From positions 93,992,001-94,056,000 of the forward strand of contig OZ024740.1 in the NCBI GenBank assembly GCA_964016885.1: a DNA stretch of 64,000 nucleotides, in the 5' to 3' direction. The notes beneath the pieces are model-generated. The model did not search any database, was not told where the DNA came from, and worked only from the letters and a program-made list of their open reading frames with translations. The number at the start of each line of letters is the position of its first letter. The first letter of the stretch is position 1. Below, one piece after another: positions 43,990 to 55,418 of this stretch. This DNA is from Eledone cirrhosa. Its lineage: Eukaryota. Position numbers and translations under genes: made by a program.

Positions 43990-44875
43990 TTAATAAGGTA
44001 ATTAATTCTTTTACAATGGAATTAGCTCGAAGGAGGAAAATACCCACTGAGCCGTGTATAAACTAATATGTATGTGATGAAACACAGATACCAACACATC
44101 TGTATATATATTGCAAAAGAACATTTAGCCAGATTGAAGTATACTAATATTATACTACAGTTTGTCCATATCGATTTAAAATAATAAATCAACAAAGACG
44201 AACTGCATTGCCAACAATGCAGTTCGTTTTTGTTGATTTATTATTTTAAATCGATATGGACAAACTGTAGTATAATAATTAGTATACTTCAATCTGGCTA
44301 AATTTTATTTTGCAATATATATAGAGATGTGTTGGTATCTGTGTTTCATCACATACATATTAGTTTATACACGGCTCAGTGGGTATTTTCCTCCTTCGAG
44401 CTAATTCCATTGTAAAATAATTCATTACCTTATTAATATAACTGCTCCTAGTCTGAGCTGAAAGCTGCCTCATATATACGACTGTTATTTCTAGCAGTAC
44501 GGTTATGAGACTAGCTAGATTCTGTTAAACCATGTGCGTCACGCAGTCTTTTAAATTATTTAGAAGTGAAGCATATCAATTTGTCCCTGGATGTTTACTG
44601 AGGAGAGCAGGACATGATATTCCTACACTTATTTATCTCGAAACATATTTGGATTTTAAAGTTTAAACTTATCTACGGAACAGGTTTGATTTTGAAATTT
44701 AAATGTGTCTAAACATCATAGCCTTTTGGCAATGCAGTTCGTCTTTGTTGATTTATTATTTTAAATCGATATGGACAAACTGTAGTATAATAATTATTAT
44801 ACTTCAATCTGGCTAAATTTTCTTTTGCAATATATATACAGATGTGTTGGTATCTGTGTTTCATCACATACATAT

Positions 44876-44880
<5 letters not shown>
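43990..44880 (+). repeat. Inverted-plus-tandem non-coding unit (~515 bp, family M) with an HHR candidate at 44593-44668
   Basis: 43990-44211 mirrors 44215-44440, and the unit restarts at 44729. Motif: gttta CTGAGGA gag...ctc GAAA c...g TT taaac (weak stem III). Confidence 0.7.
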
Positions 44881-44940
<60 letters not shown>

Positions 44941-44979
44941 CACAAATATATATTTACATACATAAATATATATATATAT

Positions 44980-46115
44980 GAATACCTCATTTTTTAATCA
45001 GTTTGAGTATTTCTTTTGAACTGCTGGAGTAGCAATCTCACAGATACCTCAGGCACTGATGGTGATTATCGCTAAATACTGATATTGGTTAGATTATCAA
45101 TATTAGTATTATTGGGCACCCACTGATGAATTATATGAGGCAACTGGAATATTTTATGTTGATCGTATACAAGCTCGTACATAAATTGGTATAATTTCAC
45201 CCAAATTGTAGGAATCTTATAATGAAACGATATGTCCGTCTGGGAAGCGATATATTCGATATGTCTCATATGAAATAATACAGCCAATTTTCTACACAAT
45301 ACATTTAGTTAGCACCCCGAACACTTAATTATGAATATACTCACTTATTTCCTAATATTTGTTGAGTGAGTTAGAATTTGGCCGGAATATCGCTAAAAGC
45401 ATTCTCCGATAACGTATTTATTTATTTACTCTTGGTGCAACAAATATGAACTTCGCGATATAAGGTTTGAACTCTCTTTGTTTATTTTTTTTATATTTGA
45501 ATATTGATTGTTTCTTGTATCTGATTCTGTTATTTTGCCCGAGAAAATATCTGTGTGTCATCAAACGTTGTATACACATGGATATTTTTTCAAATTCCAA
45601 TTGAGTTCTAGCACGCAGCCTGAATTCCTTTTGGAATTCATTGGCCTGCGCATGTATTGTTTTTTTTTGCAGTAATATACTTCCTCATTTTTGAATCAGT
45701 TTGAGTATTTCTTTTGAACTGATGGAGTAGCAACCTAACAGATACCTCAGGCACAGATGGTGATTATCGCTAAATACTGATATTGATTAGATTATCAATA
45801 TTAGTATTTTGGGGACCCACTGATGAATTATAAGAGCCCACTTGAATATTTTCTGTTTTCCTATACAAGCTCCTACATAAATTGGTATAATTTCACTCAA
45901 ATTTAAGGAATCTTATAATGAAACGAGACGTCCGTCTGGGAAGAGATATATTCGACATGTCTTATATGAAATAATACAGCCAATTTTCCACACAATACAT
46001 TTAGTTAGCACCCCGAACGTTTAATTAGGAATATATTCACTTATTTCCTAATGATTGTTGAGTGAGTTGGAATTTGGCCGGAGTATCGCTAAAAGCTTGC
46101 TCTGATAATGTATTT
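44980..46115 (+). repeat. 697-bp tandem non-coding unit (family N); third copy at ~54100-54730
   Basis: cccactgatgaattata at 45119 and 45816 (period 697) and at 54426. Confidence 0.9.
45816..45940 (+). ncRNA. Type I HHR with ~95-nt branched stem II (family N); copies 45119-45244 and 54426-54555
   Basis: ccca CTGATGA attataaga...tcttataat GAAA cg agacgtc cg TC tggg. The 54 kb copy has attatagga/tcctataat, a compensatory change. GUC triplet. Confidence 0.82.
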
Positions 46116-47439
46116 ATACATTAATATGTATGTATATATACATATACTCTATATATATATACATATATATACATATATATATATATACATACATACACAC
46201 ACATATATATATATATATGAATATATATATAAATATATATATATATATTGGTAAACGGAATAGAAAATGCTGACAAATTTTTCACAGTGAAAAATAGTTT
46301 AATTAGGAATAAGTGATAATTAGTAATAGTATTGGTTAGTATTAAGTTTTGGTTTTAAGTTTTACCGGTTGCGCATTGCTAATGCTTTTCAAAAATAATT
46401 TCCAGATAGAGCGTCCGTGATGTTTGCTCTGATCTGATTAGTTTGGGGAATTCTACCTGTTTTTATGTTAAAAAAGTGGCTCCAGCGGTATTAAAATAAG
46501 TTTTGCGCCAATTCGTGCTGCAAAAATTATTGTGGTCAAAACAATTTTGATTGGTCGGTAGAGGTCATGTGAATGTAAAAAATTGATTTTGCGCCAAATG
46601 TAGGTTTGTGTCGGCTGAATGAGAATTAAGGACTTCACAACAAATATGTGTGTGTGTGTGTAGTAGTAGTAGTAGTAAAGAGGTTCGTTGTTGTGATAAT
46701 GGTCAGCAGGGATGTGTGTGCAGCCTGTTGACAGTTCAAATGCCTATTAAGACAAGTGTGTGTGTATGTGTGTGTGTACATAGTAATTCGTGGAGGAGGG
46801 ATGGTCAATAGGAATGTGTCTGTAAGTGTGTGGGGGATATTTTTACATGTTAAAAGATATTTTTCAGCTCTTTTCTTATACGGAGAAGTGTGTGTGTGTG
46901 TGTGTGTATGTCTCTTTGTATGTTAATGTACGGGTTCGTATGTGTGTGTGTATATATGTGTGTGTGCGTGAGAGAATGTGTGTGTGTGTGTGTGTGTGTG
47001 TCGGTGGACCAGTATTTATTTCTGGTAAAATGGTGTACATTATTCGATATTTTCAGTAAAATCGATTCTCTCAATAGAACATCAAAAACCATAATAATAA
47101 AAGGTGTGAAATGATATATAGTATTGGCATAATACCAAGGTGTGTGTGAATGTGTCCAGATTGTACGTACTGCAAGGGGGATCCATTAGGCCTTGCCGTA
47201 TTGGAATACCTGTGCAAAAATATGTATGTGCCCATCAGTGTGCAATGCATGTGTGCGTTAATGTATGTGTATATGTCGGCACGTGTATATCTATAGACAT
47301 CAAAAGGTATGCAAATTTGTGTTTATTTGTATTGCACCATAGAACATGTGTGTTTACGTATGTCATTGTGTTTATATGTGGATAGAGATGAATGCTGATG
47401 TAGGTATGTATGTTGACGTATGTATGTGGTGGGTTCGTC

Positions 47440-49780
47440 TTAGGGAGAAGTGTTTAGACGGGGTCCGTATTTGTTAATAAAGTAAGATTCTTTGCTGATG
47501 CGCTGGGTGTGGGTGGCATTATCTTTAAATTTGTAGAGGGGAAAGATTCTGAAGTTGGGATGATTTTGGGCGGCACAGGTATCAATGTGTTCACTCAGTG
47601 GTATTTTCCTGTATTCCCGTATTTTAATTTGGGATCTATTGACAGTCATGCGTTGGCGGAGGCTGTTTTTGGTCTGGCCTATGTGTTATTCTCGACAACC
47701 TGAGAAAGTTAATACATATATTATATTTTCTGATGCGCATGTGAAATTGTGTTTTACTATAAAACGTTGTCCTTCTTTGAAATAGAATTCAGAACCCTCT
47801 ATTAGGTTGATGCAAATGCCACAGTTGGGTCTATCGCATTTTTTACTGTGGGTTTCGTTGTTGTTGTTGGCAGTACTTTGGCATGTGTTAGGATGTTTTT
47901 CATTGACTTAGATTGTCTTTTGCTCTTTATGATATCGTGGGTTCGTAGGATTTGGATCCTTCTATGGTCCTTTTTCAACACAGGGATGTTCTAGAGGATG
48001 GTTTCAAAGGCCTCATTGTTGAGGGTGTTGTGTGTGGAGATGTATGGAAGAGCTTTTAGTTTAGTTTGATTTTCTTTAGGGTGTCTAAGGTCCTGGGTAC
48101 TGAGTTTTAGGGCACGTTGGATTCTATTGTCAATTAGTGATGCAGGGTAGTCCCTGCCTATGAGTGTGTCTTTAGTTCTTGTAGCCGAAAGTAGCAGGTG
48201 TTTTTATTGGAGTCTATAGTACAGATTATCTTGGCTAACTTGTAGGGAATATTCATTTTAACGTGTCTAGGGTGGCAAGAGTTGAAAGGAAGATATTGCT
48301 TTGAGTATGTGGGCTTGTAGTCTATGTCTGTTTCTATTTATTTTGTTATGGATCTTAATGAGGATGTCGAGGTAGGGGAGTTGTTGATGGCTGTGTTCCA
48401 TCGTGAAGTTAATATTCGTGTTGAGCACATTTATAAGGGTGTGAAATTCTTTAAGTTTCTCGATGTGTTCGTGCCAAAGGATGAAACACTCATCTAGATA
48501 TCGCTTCCAGTTCCTTTCTATGTGTAAGTGGAGAGTGTTTCCAAATTTGTTTAGGACTTTAGTGTCGAGGATGATTTCCAGCTATCCCATGACTAGGTTG
48601 GCATAAGTGGGGGCTGTTTTCGTTCCCATAACGGTCCCAGATTGCTGCATGTAGGGTTTGTTATTGAAAACGAAGTAATTGTTCTCCAAGATAAATGTGA
48701 GTCCCTGTATCACGAATTCTTTTTTGATGCGTTGTGTGAGTTCATTGTGGTAATTGTCCAGGCAGAATTGGATAGTTTCTATTCCTAGGTTGTGGGGGAT
48801 GTTGGAGTATAGGTTGACTACATCGAACGTCACTAGTAGGGTTTGTTCAGAAAGTGGCATATTAGGGAGGTGATTGAGCATATCGACCCTTATATAGCTT
48901 GTGATGTGTTTGAGAAAAGGCTTGAGAAGGATACCAATGAAGTTGCTAAGGCGGTGGGTTTCGCAAGCGGGACCTGCTATTATAGGTCTTAATTTGAGAT
49001 CATTGGGTGAGGGGACATTGATGACTAGGCCTGTGGCTTCCTTGCATGCCTTACTTATTAATTCGCTTTTATGTACGTTAGGGATACCGTAGAAAAGGCT
49101 GGATTTACTTGTGAAATCTGTGATGAAGCTGAATTCCTTGTATTGGTTGATCCTTTGTATTGGTTGATCAGAGTTTTTAGGTTTCTCATAATTTAGGTTT
49201 CTCATAATTTAGGTTTACTCATAATTTTCTGTTGATTGTAGTGTTCTGCCTTATCGTAGTATGTTTCGTTTTCCAAAGTGGAGAGCGCTAAGTTGATATA
49301 TAATTCTGTCACCATTAGGACTACTGTACTCCTTTTATCAGCCTCTTTAATTGTAATGGTTCTGTCGGTTTTTAATCTATTTAATTCTTCCCATTCTTTC
49401 TTGTTCAGGTTTGGCTTGTGTTTTTGTCTGTGCAAGTGTTGGTAAGGGAAGTTTGTGATGTGTTCACAGAATTCGTCCAGGATTTTATTTCTACCTTTTG
49501 ATTGGGTGTAATTGCTTTTATTTCTGGCTAATGATTCATCCTCATTGTACTGGTCGAATAGTTGTTCACTGATTCGTAACTTTCTACAGAAGTCTGTGAT
49601 GTCTTCCTTCATTTCATAGTAGTTACGACGTAGTGGGGTCGGTGTGAATTTAAGACCTTTGGAGAGTAAGTTGATAAGGTTGCGTGTTGGTTCTGCACTA
49701 GTAAGATTGATGATTTTATTACTATCGGTTTCTCCTCCCTGTCTTGTGTTATTTTGTTTGCCTGTATCTGTGTGCTGTGT
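47440..49780 (-). pseudogene. Disrupted Neptune RT-GIY-YIG reading frame
   Basis: [89 protein letters not shown]; stops and indels present. Confidence 0.9.
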
Positions 49781-51098
49781 CTAAAAAATGGTTGTGGTAG
49801 AGGGCTTGTCTGCTGATGTTATATGGTCTCCTGTGTTTGTTATATTCCTTGTTGTTGTAAAATGTGATTCGGGTTGGTGGTTGTAGATTGAATGGGGTGT
49901 TCCTGTACTGCGAGTATCGGTGTGTGTTTCTATGTGCCATGTTGGATTGTGGTGTTATAGGTGGCCTACGTTGTTGGTTGTATCGTGTGGTGTGGGTTTG
50001 TTGTATATTGTGGAAGCAAGAGTTGAGAAAATGGAAATTACCTTGCTGTCCCCTTGAAGCGGGGAAGTTGTTACATCTATCATGGTGGTGGTATATTTTC
50101 CCTATGTTGGACGATGAGGCATCCGCGTAGTAGTTGAGTGATGTGGTATGGCGTCTCCTTGAAGGGGGAAAGTTGTAAATGTCATTCTGGGGGAGATGAT
50201 TTCTAGGGATTTTGTTCCTTCTTATGGTAGCGAGGTTGGGAAGTTCATCTACGGTGTGGTGTTTCCTTCTTCGTTTGTTAGTGGCTTGGGTGTTTGCGAA
50301 GTTGTTGTGCGGTTCAGTTATGGGTTTTCCTATTTTTATGAACGGGTTATTGGAGGTGTAATCCGTTTGAAAAGTCGATTCATAGTGTAGGAACCAAGCG
50401 GCACCTTTTTCCCAGCGCTGAAGGGATTTCAGTTCTTCTCTGTTGCAGTCCCCTTTCCATAATTTGGAGATCTTCTCTACCTTGGGGCCTTCAGTTTTAT
50501 TGTTGATTTCCAGGAGGATCTCTTCATCGATGGTTTTGATTTTTTCCTCATTTGTCTGGGCCCTCAGTTTAAGAAGTTTTTTTTTCAATGCCATTCTTTC
50601 CCTAAAGTGTCTTTGAGGTTCGGGTTCATTTGGAATGGACTTTATTTGTATTTTACGGGGGATAGTTAGAGGGGTTGAGTTAAGCCATTTTTCATATATT
50701 TCCGCTTTGTTGTGATTTTGTATCATCTTCCAGAATGAGAACTCTCTGTCTCTGAGTGATTTGTTCCATTTTGGAATTGCTCGGATTTTCATTTTGTATC
50801 AATCAATCTCACATGGTTCTTCGTTGGTTTTTCCTGGGTTGGTAGTAGTGAACATAATTTGGATAGTATCGCAAAGGTTTTGGAGTTTATCGCCGATTTC
50901 GGAGGGTTTGTATCCGGTGACGGTTTCCTTATTTGTGGAGTCAAGTTTGTCAACCAGCACAGATAAGTTGGTGTTAATTTTCTTGGGTTCCTGTAGAATC
51001 TCTTCATTTGTGTTGATGAGAGTTGTATCCGTTTTTGTTGGCATTTTCTGTATCTCGTATGAGGATATGATATTTAAAAGAATAGAGGTGTAACACAC
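49749..51098 (-). pseudogene. Upstream ORF1-like region of the Neptune element (helical/coiled-coil-like N half, basic low-complexity C half)
   Basis: ORFs 50799-51098 and 49749-50792 lie between the 5' pLTR and the RT frame, probably one ORF with a frameshift. Its 3' end is conserved at 10250-10502. Confidence 0.65.
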
Positions 51099-52549
51099 AA
51101 GTTATGATATATTGGTAAACGGAATAGACAATGCTGACAAATTGTTCACAGTGAAAAATAGTTTAATTAGGAATAAGTGACAATTAGTAATAGTATTGGT
51201 TAGTATTCAGTTTTGGTTTTAAGTTTTACCGGTTGCGCATTGCTAATCCTTTTCAAAAATAATTTTGAGATAGAACGTCCGTGATGTTTGCTATGATCTG
51301 ATTAGTTTTGGGAATTCTATCTGTTTTAATGTTAAAAAAGTGGCTCCAGCGGTATTAAAATAAGGTTTGCGCCAATTCGTGTTGCAAAAATGATTGTGGT
51401 CAAAACAATTTTGATTGGTCGGTAGAGGTCATGTGAATGTAAAAAATTGATTTTGCGCCAAATGTAGGTTTGTGTCGGCTGACTGAGAAATAAGTCTTTC
51501 ACAACAAATATGTGTGTGTGTGTGTGTAGTAGTAGTAAAGAGGTTCGTTGTTGTGATAATTGTCAGCAGGGATGTGTGTGCGACCCGCAGCCTGTTGACA
51601 GCTCAAATGCCTATTAAGACAAGTGTGTGTGTGTGCGTGTGTGTGTGTGTGTAGCAGAGTAATTCGTGGTAGAGGGATGGTCAGTAGGAATGTGTCTGTA
51701 AAGGTGTGGGGGATATTTTAACATGTTAAAATATATTTTTCAGCTCTTGTCTTATACGGAGAAGTGTGTGTGTGTGTGTGTGTGTGTGTATGTCTCTTTG
51801 TATGTTAATGTACGCGTGTGTATGTATGTGTGTATATATATGTCTGTGTGTGTGAGAGAATGTGTGTGTGGGTGGACCAGTATTTATTTCTGGTAAAATG
51901 GTGTACATTATTCGATATTTTCAGTAAAATCGATTCTCTCAATAGAACATCAAAAACGTTAATAATAAAAGGTGTGAAATGATATATAGTATTGGCAAAA
52001 TACCAATGTGTGAGTGTGTCCATATATGTATACAGACATAAAGTAGTATGCATATATATACATACACACATATATATAAGTACGTATGGATTCACCGGAC
52101 ATTTATTATTATGCTCGATTTGTTTGTAAACGAATTAAGCCGTACAGTGTTTAGCGATCATCGTTGTCCTTTTGTTCAATACTGACAAAAGAATGCTGTA
52201 CTAGATTCAAGCTTATTAGCTATCGTCAGCAACGTATACCTTCCTGCCAGATGGTTGAACGTCTGAAAGTATATACTTGTCTTATGCATATTAGCGGCTG
52301 AGCAGCCTAATTTTCATATCGAGAGAGTTAATCGGCCGGGGTACCGAAAAAATGAAACGAAATTTCATTTCTCACTCGGCTGGTACTTAAATATAAGTAT
52401 GTATACGTACATACATATATGTATACAGACGTACAGTAGTATGTGTATATATATACATACATGCACTCATATATATATGTACATATGGATTCAGCGAACA
52501 TTTATTATAATGCTCGATGTGTTTGGAAACAAACAACCCGAATTAATTT

Positions 52550-53345
52550 CGGTTATTGCTTCTAAGACATCAGGGGCGCCAAACGTTATGCCTGATATAG
52601 TGTGTTGGGGATTAACATCACTGATACAGCCCAGATCGTCCATATCAGGTTTGCTGAAAACAGAACAGTAATGTTTCTGCAGGATCTCACCCATGGTTTT
52701 GGCATTGTCTTGGAGTGTGACATTTTCATCAACTAGAGGGCTAACAGTGGAGACGGTGACCTTGTGTTTTTTAGCGAATGAGATTAACACTTTGGGTTTG
52801 AGTTTGATTTTCTCAATGGCCCACCTCTCTTCAGCTATTCTCTAGTTATTGATGATGGTCATCATGCATTGCTGGAGGTTACATTTTATTGACTCAAGCA
52901 AAGCGATAGCCATCGAATGTGTGTGTTCGCAGTATTCTAGTGTGTTAATGTTTTTGTTTGTTCTTTTTATTTTACTGATAATTGTTTTTCTGTATTGGGG
53001 ATACTGTACTAGTTTTTGTTAACAGGTTTTGGTGGGGTGTATTTTGTACATATATTTGTGACAGTGTCTACAAATATCTGCCAAGATGTGTTGATGTTGG
53101 TGGAAGTGTGTGCGTATGTAAAAGACTAGTCGACATGTGATAGTTCGTTCATAATTTCATCCCAGGTGGCATTGTAGAGATCCATGTTATCAAATGGGTG
53201 GGCTGGAAAGAGGACCCTGGGAAGACCTTTTGGCCGGTGGAATCTCAGGTTACAAAGAACCATGTCATGGTCTGAGAGACGGGTCTTTTCCACTGCAATA
53301 TTATGGATAGTGTCAGTGTCTTTCAGTTGTTCCTCAACCAAATTT
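52550..53345 (-). mobile_element. CR1/L2-like LINE fragment (endonuclease end and linker)
   Basis: TRLSDHDMVLCNL; MGEILQKHYCSVFSKP...ITFGAPDVLEAITEI. Confidence 0.6.
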
Positions 53346-53399
53346 TGTAGTATTCAGCATCCATTATAACAATTGCACCACCTTTACCTTCTTGTTTAA

Positions 53400-53964
53400 T
53401 TATTATTGTTTTATCATTTATATACGTTTAAGTGCAGACATTTTCGATTTGTTAATGTTTGGCCTAATATTAGTGTTACGTCTAAGGTATTGTCGAGATA
53501 GATATTCCTTCCTTTTGGCGGAGTGAACATTCATTAATCTTTACTAGTGATTCATCACTCTCATTACTTTTATAAGCAAATAATTCGACAAGTCGTAATT
53601 TACGACAGGATTCTTGGGTATCATCCTTCAGTTTTTGGACGTTGGTTGTTGGAGTCGGTGTGAATTTCAGTCCTTTTGACATAATTTGCATTTCATCATT
53701 GTCAAGATCTCTTTTGGATGAATTAATTATTTTAGGATCAACGTGTTCAGTTGTTTTGGGTATGTTTCCTCCTGGAGTTTTTCTTTTTCCGGTTTTTGTT
53801 GTCCTGACGTTAAAGGATTTATATTCCTGTTGGTGTTTAATGAACTTTTGGTCATGATACTATATTTGGTTTCGTTATGTTTTTTGTCCTCTTTTTTGTA
53901 TTATGTATATTATATTACCATTTATTGTTAGCATTATATTTAACCATCTGGGAAAATGAACTAG

Positions 53965-53970
<6 letters not shown>
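53400..53970 (-). mobile_element. 5' coding fragment of a different Neptune-type PLE
   Basis: KIINSSKRDL...IMSKGLKFTPTP...CRKLRLVELF...DESLVK. Confidence 0.75.
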
Positions 53971-54023
<53 letters not shown>

Positions 54024-54734
54024 CATACATATATATATATATATGAATATATATATATATATACAGAGAGAGAGGGATATATAGATATTTATTTTTTATA
54101 TATGAATATTGATTGTTCCTTATATCTCATTCTGTTATTTTGCCCGAGAAAATATCTGTGTGTCAGCAAATGTTGTACACACATAGATATTTTTTCAATT
54201 TCCAATTGAGTTCTTAGCACGTGGCCTGAATTCCTTTCAGAGTTCATTGTCACGCGCATGTATTGTTTTTTTTGGCGGTAATTCGCTTCCTCATCTTTTG
54301 AATCAGTTCGAGCACTTCATTCAGAACTGCTGGACTGGATACCTGACAGATACTTCAGGCACAGAAAGTGATTATCGCTAAATGTTGATGTTGGTTAGAT
54401 TATCAATATTAGTATTATTGGGGCACCCACTGATGAATTATAGGAGTCCCACTTGAACATATATATATATTGATGGTATACAAGCTCCTACATAAATTGG
54501 TATAATTTCACCCAAATTGTAGGAGTCCTATAATGAAACGAGACGTCCGTCTGGGAAGAGATATATTAGATATGTCTCATTTGAAATAATACAGCCAATT
54601 TTCCACGCAATCATTTTAGTTAGCACCCCGAACGAATCATTGGGAATATAATCACTTATTTCCTAATGTTTGTTGAGTGAGTTGGAATTTGGCCGGAGTA
54701 TCGCTAAAAAGCTTTCTCCGATATGTATTTATAT

Positions 54735-54772
<38 letters not shown>

Positions 54773-55260
54773 CTAAGGCGGGTAAAATTCCCGAGATCCA
54801 TGGACGAGTTCTCTCCAGAGGGCTCTGTCCCTCATTTTCGCTGCCATGTCCTGCGTCTCCAACAGACCAGTGTCTGTCCTTAGGGCATCAACATACGTTA
54901 ACCTTGGTCTTCCTCTTCTAGTGTGTCCATGTAGCGGCTCCCAAAGGAGCACTGAGTGCAATGTCAACTCTGGATGTCGGTGAGCATGTCCAGCTAACTT
55001 TAGTCTCCTCTGTGTCACTTTGGAGCTGACTTTTGGGATGCTCCCATACAGCTCTGAGTTTTTCATCCTCAGTGTATACTGATTAATGTTCAGAGCCATC
55101 TCAGCATTCTCGTGTAGCACCCATCCACCATCTGAGTGAGTTTCTTGGTCAGTGTCCAAGTCTCAGACCCATACAGCAGCACAAACTCCACTACAGCAAT
55201 GAAGAGGCAGACTTTCAGGTCTCTACGAAGCTCCGACTTCCACACCGATCTCAAGCTGTC
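54773..55260 (-). mobile_element. 3' fragment of an RTE/RTE-X-like LINE
   Basis: VLLYGSETWTLTK; RRLKLAGHAHRH...LLWEPLHGHTRRGRPRLTYVDAL...DRALWR. Confidence 0.8.
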
Positions 55261-55277
55261 ATACTTGTTCCTATATT

Positions 55278-55308
<31 letters not shown>

Positions 55309-55323
55309 ATAGGAACAAGTATG

Positions 55324-55418
55324 ACCCCGACGGCAGACCTCAAGCCGTTTCGACGGCTAATTCTGGACTAAATAAGAATGTTTAGCCTGGTAAATAAATA
55401 GCGGAACATCTCAGGGGT
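55324..55418 (-). ncRNA. HHR-like motif with atypical CUGAGA(A/U) core (family L); copies 37056-37151 (-), 58704-58800 (-), half copy 60381-60420 (+)
   Basis: Consensus acccc CTGAGAA g..cggcta...tagccgtc GAAA cggct tgagctc agctg TC ggggt. Stem III and the GUC site are well formed. Confidence 0.55.

Larger units (their letters stand above)
46248..52020 (-). mobile_element. Apparently full-length Neptune-type PLE with direct pLTRs (46248-47135 and 51110-52015)
   Basis: RT fragments 48582-49612, GIY-YIG tail 47440-47830, upstream ORFs 49749-51098, ~880-bp direct repeats at both ends; 3' end at (TA)n. Confidence 0.93.
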
